Below the pieces are notes generated by a model, which made no database searches, was not told where the DNA came from, and saw only the letters and a list, made by a program, of their open reading frames with translations. From the IMG/VR virus record IMGVR_UViG_2660238032_000003: a stretch of DNA of 64,000 bases; one strand, given 5' to 3'. Shown here in pieces: positions 18,943-29,800 of this stretch (its first letter is position 1; each line of letters begins with the position of its first letter). Source of the stretch: an uncultured virus (IMG/VR IMGVR_UViG_2660238032_000003). Taxonomy: Duplodnaviria; Heunggongvirae; Uroviricota; Caudoviricetes. Position numbers and translations under genes: made by a program.

Positions 18943-19567
18943 TAGTTCCAATATTAGAGAAAAAAATTCAACTAGAGAATTAATTATAAATTCTATAAGA
19001 TCAGTTGAAGGTGAAGGAAATGAAAGAAAATTTATATTGAGTTTTTCATCAGAAGAACCATATGAACGATGGTGGGGTACTGAAATACTTGATCATAATG
19101 ATGGAGCAGCCGATTTAACTAGATTAAGTGAAATCGGCTGCTTATTATTTAATCACAATAGAGATGCTGTTATAGGTAAAGTAACTAAAGTATGGATTGA
19201 AAATAATAGAGGTAATGCTGAAATTGAATTTGATACAGATGATGAATCAGAAAAAATATATCAGAAAGTAAAAAGTGGAACATTAAAAGGAGTATCTGTT
19301 GGATATCAAATTGACTCATGGGAAGAGGTAATGGCAAATAAATCATCATCAGATGGTAGATTTATAGGTCCTTGTGAAATAGCAAGAAAGTGGACTCCTT
19401 ATGAAATATCTATTGTAAGTGTTCCAGCTGATCCTACTGTTGGAGTAGGAAGAGAAATAGAAAACAATCATATAAATCAATTTAAAATAGCTGAAAAGTC
19501 GCTTTCATATTATGAAAAGCAACTTCAAATAAATAAAAATTTATCTAAAGTATTAGGAGGGAACTAG
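18887..19567 (+). CDS. prohead maturation protease (HK97-type)
   Basis: LLFNHN, GVSVGY, EISIVSVPAD; start may be ATG 18920. Confidence 0.88.
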   Translation: MLFLIKTKRHYMLRTLKNNSSNIREKNSTRELIINSIRSVEGEGNERKFILSFSSEEPYERWWGTEILDHNDGAADLTRLSEIGCLLFNHNRDAVIGKVTKVWIENNRGNAEIEFDTDDESEKIYQKVKSGTLKGVSVGYQIDSWEEVMANKSSSDGRFIGPCEIARKWTPYEISIVSVPADPTVGVGREIENNHINQFKIAEKSLSYYEKQLQINKNLSKVLGGN

Positions 19568-19568
19568 A

Positions 19569-21068
19569 ATGGGACCAAAACAAAAAAGACAACAAAAAAT
19601 GTTAAGACAACAAGAAATAGTTAACACAGCAAAGCAAGGCAAAAGAGACCTTACATCAGAAGAACAATTAGAATTTGATTCACTTCAAAGAGAAATTGAC
19701 CAATTAACACAGGAAATTGAAAATTCTGGACAAGGATCAAATGAAAGAGCTGTTGAAGCTGAAAGAGAAAGAGTATCAGAAATAACAAGCTTATGTAGAG
19801 AATTTGAGGTTGATTTTGAAGGGTATATAAAAAATGGAACAACTGTAGATGAAGTGAGAAAAGCAATAATTGAAAATATGAGAAGTGAAGCACAGCCGAT
19901 ACAAACAAGAGGTACTGCAGAAACTCATATGATTGCAGATGAACAGGATAAATTTAGAGCTGCAGCAGCAGATGCTTTAATTATGCGTGGTGGCGTAATT
20001 TTAGAAAAACCAGCAGATGGAGCTAGAGAGTTAATGGGGATGTCTTTAAGGGATCTAGCTATAGAAACATTACAAGGCGATGGAAATATAAATTTAAACA
20101 GAAAATCTTCAGACGAATTGTATAATATGCTTTCTAGACAATTTTATAACCCTACGTCAGCATTTCCAAGTATAATGGACCAAGCTATTAATAAAGCATA
20201 TGTAGAAGGACATAGAACAGCTCCTGTAACATTTGATATTTGGACTAAAAAAGGAACACTTAAGGACTTTAAAACAGTAGAAAATAAATATTTAGCAGGT
20301 CCAGCTGGAGAATTTTTAGAAGTTCCAGAAGGTGGAGAATTAAAGCAGGACTTACCAACTGATGAAAAGCTTCCAACAAGAAGATTAAAAACATATGGAA
20401 GACAATTTTCTATGACAAGACAAGCTTTCATCAATGATGATATTGACTTTTTATCAAAAATACCTGCTAAATATGCTGCATCAGCACGTAAAACTCAAAA
20501 TAAACAAGTATATGACATACTTTTAACTAATCCAGCAATTTATGATGGAACTCCATTATTTAGTGCTAAGCATAAAAACTTAATATCAAGTGGAAGTGGA
20601 ATAACAGCAGAAGCTGTTCAAAAGATATTTATGGCATTACAATTACAAACTGACCAATTTGGAGAAGCAATAATAATAAGACCTACTTATATTATTGTTC
20701 CAGTAGGATATGCATTTGATATGTATACTATTTTTGATAGTCCAACAATTAATTCAGTTGGAAATACTCAAGCTGCTAATCCACTATATAGATATAAAAA
20801 TCAAGTTCAAATAATAGAAGATGCGACACTTAATGTATTATGCAAAACAAATGAAATACCTTGGTTTGTAGTTGGAGATAAAGGAGATACTGATTCAATA
20901 CAAGTTGATTACTTAAATGGCCAAGAAATCCCTACTATAAGACGTATGGAAACAGCAGGTCAACTAGGATTTGTATGGGATATTTACTTAGATTGGGGTA
21001 TTTCAGTTATGGATTATAGAGGAATAATTAAAAATCCAGGAATTGCAATGAAAAATCCATTATTATAG
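19569..21068 (+). CDS. major capsid protein with N-terminal scaffold region
   Basis: Coiled-coil N-terminus; TYGRQFSMTRQAFINDD, YLNGQEIP; position after protease. Confidence 0.88.
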   Translation: MGPKQKRQQKMLRQQEIVNTAKQGKRDLTSEEQLEFDSLQREIDQLTQEIENSGQGSNERAVEAERERVSEITSLCREFEVDFEGYIKNGTTVDEVRKAIIENMRSEAQPIQTRGTAETHMIADEQDKFRAAAADALIMRGGVILEKPADGARELMGMSLRDLAIETLQGDGNINLNRKSSDELYNMLSRQFYNPTSAFPSIMDQAINKAYVEGHRTAPVTFDIWTKKGTLKDFKTVENKYLAGPAGEFLEVPEGGELKQDLPTDEKLPTRRLKTYGRQFSMTRQAFINDDIDFLSKIPAKYAASARKTQNKQVYDILLTNPAIYDGTPLFSAKHKNLISSGSGITAEAVQKIFMALQLQTDQFGEAIIIRPTYIIVPVGYAFDMYTIFDSPTINSVGNTQAANPLYRYKNQVQIIEDATLNVLCKTNEIPWFVVGDKGDTDSIQVDYLNGQEIPTIRRMETAGQLGFVWDIYLDWGISVMDYRGIIKNPGIAMKNPLL

Positions 21069-21080
21069 GAGGAATATTAA

Positions 21081-21413
21081 ATGAAAGCAATATATTGTCA
21101 AAGAGGAGAATCTATTGATTATAAAAATAAGACAGATGAAATAATTAAAGCTGGAACTGTAGTCAGTATAACGTCAAGAGTTGGCGTTGCTGGAACAGAT
21201 ATTAATGCTAATAAAATTGGATCTATACATGTAGTAGGTGTATTTGAATTGGAAAAATCATCAGAAGAAGAAATATCTGTTGGAGCAAAAGTATATTATG
21301 ATCCTAGTAAAGATTGTATAACAGCAACAGAAGCTTCTAATATTCCAGCAGGATATGCTACTGCTGATGCACAATTAAACAATACAAGTGTATATGTAAA
21401 ATTATTAGGATAG
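21081..21413 (+). CDS. capsid cement/decoration protein (DUF2190-like)
   Basis: QRGESIDY...GVFEL...GAKVYYD...VYVKL pattern after MCP. Confidence 0.75.
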   Translation: MKAIYCQRGESIDYKNKTDEIIKAGTVVSITSRVGVAGTDINANKIGSIHVVGVFELEKSSEEEISVGAKVYYDPSKDCITATEASNIPAGYATADAQLNNTSVYVKLLG

Positions 21414-21421
21414 GTGATAAT

Positions 21422-21721
21422 ATGAGTGAAAAGCTGGTAGCAACATATCCTATTTTATTTGAATCACATCAATATAAAATAGGTGAAGAGCTTCCAGCAT
21501 CTAATCATGATATGGTAAAGATATGGTTAGATGCTGGTACTGCTAAATGGTATGACAATGAACAATTAGTTGAGGATATAGATAATAATAATTCAGATAA
21601 TCAAGAAAACATTAATGATGAATTAGAAAATGTAGCTATAAATGAAGAAGTTGAAATGATACAAGAAAATGAAGATGAGACTATACCTATTAAAAATAAA
21701 ATTGGAAGGAAAAATAAATAA
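21422..21721 (+). CDS. hypothetical head-associated protein
   Basis: In structural operon; acidic tail. Confidence 0.55.
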   Translation: MSEKLVATYPILFESHQYKIGEELPASNHDMVKIWLDAGTAKWYDNEQLVEDIDNNNSDNQENINDELENVAINEEVEMIQENEDETIPIKNKIGRKNK

Positions 21722-22038
21722 TGGGGATGTCATTTAAAGATATTGTTCAAAATGATTTAGATAATACATTTTTTAATTCTTCAGAATTTGGAGAAGAGCA
21801 CATTATAGATAGAAAGGTTTTTAATGTTGTTATAGATAATGAGACTCTTAAGGACAGAAATAAGAAAGAATATGATGGTATACTACAAGCTGATTTATTA
21901 TATTACATTAAGGCGGACGATATTGGAGAACTTAAAACAAATGAATTACAGTATTTTGATGGAGTAGCCTACAATGTATTTGATGTTAAATTAGATAATG
22001 GAGTGTATGAAGTAATACTTCAATCGAATATTAACTAA
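21721..22038 (+). CDS. head-tail joining protein
   Basis: FFNSSEFGEEH motif; synteny. Confidence 0.6.
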   Translation: MGMSFKDIVQNDLDNTFFNSSEFGEEHIIDRKVFNVVIDNETLKDRNKKEYDGILQADLLYYIKADDIGELKTNELQYFDGVAYNVFDVKLDNGVYEVILQSNIN

Positions 22039-22610
22039 TGGCTGTAAGTATTAAGATTGACAGTAAACAAATGAAAAAAACTTTAAATAAATTAAGTACA
22101 TTTCCAAAAGAAATAAATAAAGCATCAAGTGCAGCTATTAATAGGACATTGACTTTTTCTAATAAGAAATTAAAGCAAGAAGTCAGAAAAACCTATAATA
22201 TTAAAGCTGGTGAAATACAAAGTACTATTAAAATAAAAAAATCAAATCCCAGTAAACTTTCTGGTGAAATAATAAGTGATGGAAATAGATTAACATTAGG
22301 TAGATTTTCAAGAAGTGCTGGTAGTTGGAAAAAAGGAAAGAAAATTAAAGTAAAGGTTAAAAAATCAGGAACAAAACATATTAACACAGCTCCAAAGGCT
22401 TTTATAGCTAACTTAAATGGAAATAATCATATTGTAAAAAGAGAAGGGAAATCTAGGTATCCAATAAAGGTACTTAAAACATTATCTATCCCTCAAATGA
22501 TTAGCAATACTAAAGTTAGTGATGTAATAATCGATGAAGCTAATAAGCAATTACAGAAGAGATTAGAGCATGAGGTTGAGTATAGACTTCTAAAAAAAAT
22601 GAAAGGGTGA
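22038..22610 (+). CDS. minor tail protein Z-like
   Basis: AINRT...RYPIKVL..SIPQM basic protein; synteny. Confidence 0.7.
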   Translation: MAVSIKIDSKQMKKTLNKLSTFPKEINKASSAAINRTLTFSNKKLKQEVRKTYNIKAGEIQSTIKIKKSNPSKLSGEIISDGNRLTLGRFSRSAGSWKKGKKIKVKVKKSGTKHINTAPKAFIANLNGNNHIVKREGKSRYPIKVLKTLSIPQMISNTKVSDVIIDEANKQLQKRLEHEVEYRLLKKMKG

Positions 22611-23146
22611 TTATTATTAATGATGTAGAAATATTAAATGCTTTAGTAGAATTTTTAAAAGAAAATATATCAAAGCATTTTAAATTAAAAAAGCCTCCAG
22701 TAAATAATAAAATATTAGGGGATTATGAACTAGTTAATCTAGCTATATATAAAGGATGGGTTCCTCCTAAAAATTACTTAGAGGAATATGGATATGATAT
22801 TCCAGGAATTATAGTTATGTTAGATGAGGGAATTGATGATAGTGAAAATTCTGAAATAGCAATAAGATTAAAAGTAATAACATATGATCCTGGCAAAGTC
22901 AAGGAAGATAAAACATTATCCCCTAATGTAGAAGGATATGTTGATTTACTTAATGTTATTACTAGAATAAGAATGGAATTATCTAAAAATCCAATTATAT
23001 TAAATAAAGTTAATGTAAACAAACCAATTCGATGGAGCATGGACAAAGAGCAAAGCTATCCTTACTGGAGTGCAGATGTTAGCTTTAATGTGTCTATTGC
23101 TCCATTTGACTTTGAAATTAGAAATGGATATGAAAGATATTTGTAA
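22607..23146 (+). CDS. putative tail completion/terminator protein
   Basis: Position before sheath; PYW motif. Confidence 0.5.
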   Translation: MIIINDVEILNALVEFLKENISKHFKLKKPPVNNKILGDYELVNLAIYKGWVPPKNYLEEYGYDIPGIIVMLDEGIDDSENSEIAIRLKVITYDPGKVKEDKTLSPNVEGYVDLLNVITRIRMELSKNPIILNKVNVNKPIRWSMDKEQSYPYWSADVSFNVSIAPFDFEIRNGYERYL

Positions 23147-23160
23147 AAGGTGGTGTTTAA

Positions 23161-24606
23161 ATGTCATATAAACATGGTTTGTATGGTGCAAGAGTAGCAA
23201 GTACAGAAGATATAACAAGTGCTAAAAATATACCTGTATATATAGGTACAGCTCCTATGCATAGAATTGAAAAAAATAATAGAAATATAAATAAGCCTAT
23301 TTTAATTAAAACATTACCAGAGGCTATTAGAAAAACAGGCTATTCTTCAAATGATAATTTTGAAGAATTTACACTAAGTGCTGCAATATATGCACATTTC
23401 CAAAATTCTATACAACCAATAGGACCTATTGTTATTATCAACGTATTAGATACATCTAAGGCTAGTAGTAAAACTGAAGAAATAAATATTATTAATAAAG
23501 TTGGAATAATAAAAGAACATGTATTATTTGAATCTATATCCATTTCTGATTATGACTTAGATATAGATTATGAACTAGAGTACACTCATGAAGGATATTT
23601 AAAGATAATATTTTTAAGTGAGAAAGAGGTCCCAGATTCACTTTCTATAACTTGTAAGATAATAGATACAAGTGCCATTGTAGAAAGTGACATAATAGGA
23701 ACGTATGATGAAAAAACAGAGTCAAGGACAGGAATTATGGCTATTGAAGATGTTTATGAAGATTTAAATGTAGTTCCTACTATAATTACTGCACCAGGTT
23801 TTAATGAAAAGGCGAAAGTAAGACAGGCTTTAGTTTCATCTACTAAACAAATATCTGATAAATGGGAAGCAACAGCTTTTACGGATATTGATTCAAAATC
23901 AATATCTAATATAGATGAAGCTATAAAGTGGAAAAAAACTAATGGTTATAATTCAAATGAAGAAAAATTATTTTGGCCAAAAGGCATTATGGGTGGGAAA
24001 GAGATATATTTATCTATTTTAGCAATTGTAGCTAAAATGCAAACAGATGTTAAATATAATAATATACCTTATCAGACTCCTAGTAATAAACAAATTGATA
24101 TAACAGGAATAATTGCAAAAGGATCTATTATTAAGTTTAGTCAAAATAGAGCAAATGAACTTAATGCATCAGGAATAACTACAGCTATATATAATGGTGG
24201 CAAATATGTTTTATGGGGTCCACATATGGCAAATTATGAAGACGGAGTAACATCTAAGCCTGAAGAAATTTTTGACACTAATGTATTTATGAATAAATAT
24301 TTATTAAATGATTTTCAATTACGAAATACTGGAATTGTGGATAATGCAATGACAAGACATGATGTAGATTCTTTAATTAATAGCGAACAAATGATTTTAG
24401 ATTCTCATGTTAGCTCAGGTCGCTTACTTTATGGAAAAATAGAATTTAAATCAGAAAATAATCCAGTATCAGATATGATTAATGGTGATTTTACTTTTAA
24501 TACATTAGTTACAAATACTCCTATAGGTAAATCTATAACTCAAAAAGTACAGTATACATCTAAAGGAATAACAGAAGCTTATTCAGATCAAGATAAGGAG
24601 GAGTAG
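23161..24606 (+). CDS. tail sheath protein
   Basis: YKHG, YIGTAP, APGF, PSNK, ANELNASGITT, LWG motifs. Confidence 0.9.
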   Translation: MSYKHGLYGARVASTEDITSAKNIPVYIGTAPMHRIEKNNRNINKPILIKTLPEAIRKTGYSSNDNFEEFTLSAAIYAHFQNSIQPIGPIVIINVLDTSKASSKTEEINIINKVGIIKEHVLFESISISDYDLDIDYELEYTHEGYLKIIFLSEKEVPDSLSITCKIIDTSAIVESDIIGTYDEKTESRTGIMAIEDVYEDLNVVPTIITAPGFNEKAKVRQALVSSTKQISDKWEATAFTDIDSKSISNIDEAIKWKKTNGYNSNEEKLFWPKGIMGGKEIYLSILAIVAKMQTDVKYNNIPYQTPSNKQIDITGIIAKGSIIKFSQNRANELNASGITTAIYNGGKYVLWGPHMANYEDGVTSKPEEIFDTNVFMNKYLLNDFQLRNTGIVDNAMTRHDVDSLINSEQMILDSHVSSGRLLYGKIEFKSENNPVSDMINGDFTFNTLVTNTPIGKSITQKVQYTSKGITEAYSDQDKEE

Positions 24607-24609
24607 TAT

Positions 24610-25119
24610 ATGAGTGATAAGTTGCAAAATAAGACTATAGCATATAATGTGTATAGTAATAAATTGTTAGTTCCTGATACAACAGAAGTGGAATTGCCAG
24701 AAATAGAGTATTTAACAGATACTATATCAGGAGCAGGAATATTAGGCGAAATAGATTTACCTACATTAAGTCAAATAGGTTCTATGACTACTACTGTATC
24801 ATTTAGATCGAGTAATAGTAAAACTGTTGAAATGCTTAAAAATAGTGATTTGGAAATAAGGTGGGTAAGTGATTGTATAGATACATCTACTGGAAATACA
24901 TCTACTGTTGCTAATAAAGCATTTATGAAAGTTAAGCTTAAAAAGTTTGCTGAAGGTAAAATTGCTGGAGGAGCTGCTCAAGATGGAAGCTATGAATATG
25001 AAGTATTAGCATATAGAAGAATAGTTGATGGGGCAGAAATGCTGAATATAGATAAGTTAAACAATGTTTATAAAATAAATGGAATAGATCAAATAAGTGA
25101 TATAACAAAAAATCTTTAA
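24610..25119 (+). CDS. major tail tube protein (P2 FII-like)
   Basis: VELPEIEYLTDTISGAGILGEID; EIDKLN-like C-terminus. Confidence 0.88.
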   Translation: MSDKLQNKTIAYNVYSNKLLVPDTTEVELPEIEYLTDTISGAGILGEIDLPTLSQIGSMTTTVSFRSSNSKTVEMLKNSDLEIRWVSDCIDTSTGNTSTVANKAFMKVKLKKFAEGKIAGGAAQDGSYEYEVLAYRRIVDGAEMLNIDKLNNVYKINGIDQISDITKNL

Positions 25120-25192
25120 TTTAATAAATATATAGAAAAACACCAGGATTAAATTTAATCTTGGTGTTTTTACTTTAGGAGGAATTGATAAT

Positions 25193-25582
25193 ATGGAAAA
25201 TTTAAAAGAAAAAAATGAAATTGCAGTTGTAGAAAAAAATGAAGTAGAGGTTATTGAAAAAGCATTAAATGATAATTATTTGGAATTAAAAAAGCCAGTA
25301 CTAATTGATGGTGAAATGATAACTAAAATAAAATATGATTTTGAATCTTTAACGGGTAAAAATGTTAATGCAGCCTTTGCGGCAGCTAGAAAAAATGGAT
25401 ATATGATAACAGGAGCTTATGAAATGGATCCTATATTAGGATGTTATATGTTTGCCCAAGCTGCAGGAATAGATTACTTAGATGTTGAAAGATTTTCAGC
25501 GGTAGATTATAAGAGGGCAGGATCAATTGGTAGAGATTTTTTTATATCAGACTTGGGTGGAGACCAAGTAAAAGATATTTAA
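25193..25582 (+). CDS. tail assembly chaperone (G)
   Basis: Between tube and tape measure; T7 slippery run at 25537-25543. Confidence 0.8.
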   Translation: MENLKEKNEIAVVEKNEVEVIEKALNDNYLELKKPVLIDGEMITKIKYDFESLTGKNVNAAFAAARKNGYMITGAYEMDPILGCYMFAQAAGIDYLDVERFSAVDYKRAGSIGRDFFISDLGGDQVKDI

Positions 25583-25740
25583 AAAATATCATAGCACAAA
25601 TTACCATAGAAACCTCTAATTCAAGAAAAGATTGTTATGACATGACTTTAATAGATCTTTTTGAATATTACGATTCTCTAGCTGATGAAGTAGAGAGAAG
25701 AAATAAAGAATATGCAAAAAGAAATAAGATGAAGAGGTGA
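25537..25740 (+). CDS. -1 frameshift extension of tail chaperone (GT)
   Basis: -1 frame open from T7 run to TGA at 25740 (..FYIRLGWRPSKRYLKNIIAQITIETSNSRKDCYDMTLIDLFEYYDSL..), no clear own RBS. Confidence 0.7.
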   Translation, partial: FFYIRLGWRPSKRYLKNIIAQITIETSNSRKDCYDMTLIDLFEYYDSLADEVERRNKEYAKRNKMKR

Positions 25741-25744
25741 TGCC

Positions 25745-28006
25745 ATGGCAAGTAGTATTAAAACTACTATAAATATAGGTGGAATATTAGAACCTAGTGT
25801 TCAAAGTTCTTTTGCTAAAATTAATAGTCTTGCTTCAGGAACAATGGACAAGTTTACAAAACTAGCTAAAGTTACTGCTGGTGCTGTAACAGCCATGTCG
25901 GTTGTAGGTGTAAAATCATTTGCAAATTTTGAACAATCAGCTGCTAATGTAAATTCTACTCTTGGTAAAAATTCAACACCAGAAATAATGGAATCATATA
26001 AGAAAAAAGCTATGGAATTATCCGATGTTATGAGTAAAAATTCTAAAGAAATAATGGATGGATTTAATTATTTAGCACTAGCAGGATGGAATTCATCTGA
26101 TTCTTTAGAACATGTTAATGAAATAGTACAATCAAGTATAGTTGGACAAATGGATCTTGCGGTTTGTTCTGATAAAATAACAGATTCTTTAAGTGCATTA
26201 GGACTTAAAGCTCAAGATACAACTAAATATACTAACACATTAGCATTAGCTCAAACAAAAGGAAATGCTACTATGGAAAACCTGTTAGATTCATATCTTA
26301 CAGTAGGTGGAACAATGAAAAACTATAATATTCCGCTTAATGAAAGTACTGCAATATTGGATAAACTAGCAGACCAAGGTTTAAAAGGTTCAGAAGCTGG
26401 TAATTCGTTATCTGCAATATTTGTAAATCTTATGGGTAAAACAGGTCAAGCTAAAGAAGCTATGGATAAACTTAATATAAGTTTATTTGATAGTGGTGGA
26501 AATGTAAGAAATATGAGTGAATTTTTATTTGATTTAAAAGGAAAACTTTCGGGAATGACTGAAGAACAAAGAAATACTTATATTTCTATGATAGCTGGTA
26601 AGAATCAATTAGATGCTTTTAATAAATTAATGAATGCAACAGATGAAAATTTAATTGCATTAACAGAGGATTTAAAAGATACTGATGGATCACTAGATGA
26701 AGCTGCAAAAACTATAGATAAGACTTTAATTGGTAACTTTAAAAAATTAATTAACATAATTTCAAATACAGCAATAGAGATAATAGATAAGTTTGCACCT
26801 AATATAAATGCTGCATTAGAAAATATGCAAACAAAATTAAAAGAGTTAAGACCTAAAATAGAAGAATTTGCAGAAAAGTTTATTGATAATTTTGCGAAAG
26901 TATTTAGTTTTATTATCGATAATGCACCAAAAGCATTTGAAATAATTAGTAATTTTATTCCTATTATATTAGGGATAGGTGCAGCTGTTTCAACTTTATC
27001 AATAGCTAGTAAAATAGCTACAATAACTGAAAAGGTTGGTAAATTATCAGGTGTAGTTTCTAATATAGTATTTGCTTTTTCTTCAGTATCAGGAGGAGCA
27101 GCTACGCTTGGTGAAGCTATGGCATTTATAATGGGTCCTATAGGATGGATTGCTTTAGCAATAGGAGCTATTATAGCGATAGGAACACTCTTATATATGA
27201 AATGTGAATCATTTAGAAATTTTATTAATTCATCAATATCTAGTATTATATCATGGTTTCAAAGTTCACTTTTACCAGCAATACAATCACTTGTAAATAG
27301 TGTATTAAATTTTTGGAATAGTGTTTTATGGCCATTTATTCAATGGATATCAAGTGTATTAGCACCTCTTTTTATAGCAGCATTTTCATCTATTAAAAAT
27401 ATAGTAGTAAATGCTTTTCAATTTATAGGAAATATAATAACTAATTCATTTGCTATTTTTCAAGGTGTTATAGATTTTATAACTGGAGTATTTAGTGGAA
27501 ATTGGTCGCTTGCTTGGCAGGGAATAGTAGAAACATTCTCAGGAATATTTAATGGAATAAAAAATGTAGCAAAGGCGCCTATTAATGCTGTAATTGGATT
27601 AATAAATGGAGCTATTGCTGGAATAAATTCTATAAGCATAGATATACCTGACTGGGTTCCATCATGGGCAGGTGGCGGGAAACACTTTGGTGCAAGTATA
27701 CCTGAAATACCGCTTCTTGCAAAGGGCGGAATTACAAATGGAGTAAGTATCGCTGGAGAGGAAGGGCCAGAAGCTGTAATACCTTTAAAAAGAAATAATC
27801 CTCGTAGTTTAACTTTATTAGAAAAAACAGCTGGAGCTATAGGAGCTAATAAAGAAAAGAGAACAGGAAATACATTTGTATATTCCCCACAAATAACAGG
27901 AAAAGTTGATAATGACACTGTAGCACTTTTAAAACAAAATTTTGAAGATTTTAAAGAGTGGGTTATCCAAACTTTTGAAGAAGAAGAGAGGGTTGCTTAT
28001 GAATAG
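25745..28006 (+). CDS. tail tape measure protein
   Basis: TP901-like core (LADQGLKGSEAGNSL), amphipathic W/F repeats, LAKGGI...GEEGPEAVIPL. Confidence 0.92.
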   Translation: MASSIKTTINIGGILEPSVQSSFAKINSLASGTMDKFTKLAKVTAGAVTAMSVVGVKSFANFEQSAANVNSTLGKNSTPEIMESYKKKAMELSDVMSKNSKEIMDGFNYLALAGWNSSDSLEHVNEIVQSSIVGQMDLAVCSDKITDSLSALGLKAQDTTKYTNTLALAQTKGNATMENLLDSYLTVGGTMKNYNIPLNESTAILDKLADQGLKGSEAGNSLSAIFVNLMGKTGQAKEAMDKLNISLFDSGGNVRNMSEFLFDLKGKLSGMTEEQRNTYISMIAGKNQLDAFNKLMNATDENLIALTEDLKDTDGSLDEAAKTIDKTLIGNFKKLINIISNTAIEIIDKFAPNINAALENMQTKLKELRPKIEEFAEKFIDNFAKVFSFIIDNAPKAFEIISNFIPIILGIGAAVSTLSIASKIATITEKVGKLSGVVSNIVFAFSSVSGGAATLGEAMAFIMGPIGWIALAIGAIIAIGTLLYMKCESFRNFINSSISSIISWFQSSLLPAIQSLVNSVLNFWNSVLWPFIQWISSVLAPLFIAAFSSIKNIVVNAFQFIGNIITNSFAIFQGVIDFITGVFSGNWSLAWQGIVETFSGIFNGIKNVAKAPINAVIGLINGAIAGINSISIDIPDWVPSWAGGGKHFGASIPEIPLLAKGGITNGVSIAGEEGPEAVIPLKRNNPRSLTLLEKTAGAIGANKEKRTGNTFVYSPQITGKVDNDTVALLKQNFEDFKEWVIQTFEEEERVAYE

Positions 28007-28196
28007 CTATATAACTAAAACAGGAGATACTTTTGATAGTATCTCCTTTAATTTATTAGGAAATGAAAAATATTCTGTTGAAATAATGAAAGTTAATCCA
28101 CACTTAATAAGAACTATAATTTTTGAAAGTGGAGTTATAGTTAAAATACCTAAAGTAGATATAAAAGAAGAGTCTACATTACCACCATGGAAGTGA
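27999..28196 (+). CDS. tail protein X (LysM-like)
   Basis: YITKTGDTFDSIS...LPPWK; ATG 27999. Confidence 0.8.
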   Translation: MNSYITKTGDTFDSISFNLLGNEKYSVEIMKVNPHLIRTIIFESGVIVKIPKVDIKEESTLPPWK

Positions 28197-28200
28197 TTTT

Positions 28201-29118
28201 ATGAAAGTTATATATGAAGGAAAAGAGATTGATTTAAATGTAACTAGTTGTAATATTACAGATAATATAAAAACAAAAGCTGACACTATAGACATTACTT
28301 TTGCTGATATTAATAATGAGTGTAGAGCATGGCACTTTAAGAAAGGTCATACAATTGAAATTGTTGAAGAAGGATATTCAACTGGAACAATGTATGTTGA
28401 TTGTTTTGGATTAAGTAATGGAACATATACTGTTAGAGCTTTATCAATAAAGAAGAATTTTAAAACAAAACATACAAGAACTTGGGAGAATGTTACATTT
28501 AAATATTTAGCAAATGATTTAGTTCAATCATTAGGATTAACATTAGAAACTTATGAAATAAAAGATTTTAAATATAAAAGAGTAGATCAGATAGAAATGA
28601 ATAATATAGAATTTCTTAAACAGAGATGTACTTTAGAAGGATATATATTAAAAATAACCAATAATAAGGCTGTTATAATATCATCATCATTTTTAGAAAA
28701 ACAAACAGCAGCATTAACTTTAACTCCAAAAGATTTTATAGGAAAACATAAATTTGAATGTACATCAAACTATATTTATGGTGGTTGCATCATACGTTCA
28801 AATGAGGAAGATTATATAGAAGGAAGTTATATAGTAGATAATTCTATAGATAATTTATTATACATTAATAACTTACCAGTTTATTCTATTGGAGAAGCTG
28901 ATAGATTTTCTAAAAATATATTAAAATCATTTAATAAAAATGAGATTTATGGAACATTTACAGTAATAAAGAATACTAAGATTGCAGCAGGAAGTACTTT
29001 AAATATAGAAGAATTATCATTATTTAGTGGAAAATATATAGTTGAAGAGTTGAACACATCTATTATAGATGGAAAGACTAAGCTAAAAGTTAGAAAGATA
29101 CTGGAGGAATATAAATGA
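28201..29118 (+). CDS. baseplate hub / late control D-like protein
   Basis: Synteny; ADTIDITF, FSGKYIV motifs. Confidence 0.75.
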   Translation: MKVIYEGKEIDLNVTSCNITDNIKTKADTIDITFADINNECRAWHFKKGHTIEIVEEGYSTGTMYVDCFGLSNGTYTVRALSIKKNFKTKHTRTWENVTFKYLANDLVQSLGLTLETYEIKDFKYKRVDQIEMNNIEFLKQRCTLEGYILKITNNKAVIISSSFLEKQTAALTLTPKDFIGKHKFECTSNYIYGGCIIRSNEEDYIEGSYIVDNSIDNLLYINNLPVYSIGEADRFSKNILKSFNKNEIYGTFTVIKNTKIAAGSTLNIEELSLFSGKYIVEELNTSIIDGKTKLKVRKILEEYK

Positions 29119-29360
29119 TTAAGAAAGCTACTGTAACTGATGTTAGTGAAAATAAAATAAAAGTAACTATAAAAGATATAGATAATGTTGTATCTGATTG
29201 GATTAATATTTCTCCACAAAAATGTAAAATTAAAATTGGAGATATTACTCATATAGGTTGTGAATATACTCCGATATATAGTATTAATGATTCTGTAATT
29301 GTTTCATTTAACAATAGTATCAAAGGATTAAGTGTTATTGGAAAGTGGGAGGATAATTAA
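29115..29360 (+). CDS. baseplate spike (gpV-like, short)
   Basis: OB-fold-like VSDWI...P...VIG; synteny. Confidence 0.55.
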   Translation: MIKKATVTDVSENKIKVTIKDIDNVVSDWINISPQKCKIKIGDITHIGCEYTPIYSINDSVIVSFNNSIKGLSVIGKWEDN

Positions 29361-29785
29361 TGTCATTAGGTGGCTTTGGAGATAAGATATTTGAAGTTAG
29401 TCAAGATAAAATATATACATTTAGCAATGTTTCAAATGATTTAGGGTTAAATATAGAGGAACAGGAGGTTGATGGAGATAAGCCTTCTATATATATTAAA
29501 GGAATAAATAATGAAAATCCAAGTTTTGATTTAATATTAAATCAGTCTAACACAATAGATTGTGATACTGAATTTAAGGAATGGAAAGATATAATGTATT
29601 CTAAAATACCTCATATGTTATTTTTAGGAAATGACCCTGTATCTAATAATAAATTTTTATTGATAGGAGTATCACCATCTAATTATGTATATTATCCTAA
29701 TGGTAAATTAATAAAGTTAACATTAACATTAACATTTAAAGAGTATCCACGAGCTGGAGTAAAAAAAGAAAATACTACTAGTTAA
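29360..29785 (+). CDS. tail tube initiator (P2 gpU-like)
   Basis: LGGFGDKIFEVS...LTFKEY. Confidence 0.75.
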   Translation: MSLGGFGDKIFEVSQDKIYTFSNVSNDLGLNIEEQEVDGDKPSIYIKGINNENPSFDLILNQSNTIDCDTEFKEWKDIMYSKIPHMLFLGNDPVSNNKFLLIGVSPSNYVYYPNGKLIKLTLTLTFKEYPRAGVKKENTTS

Positions 29786-29800
29786 TAAGGGTGAAAAAAT

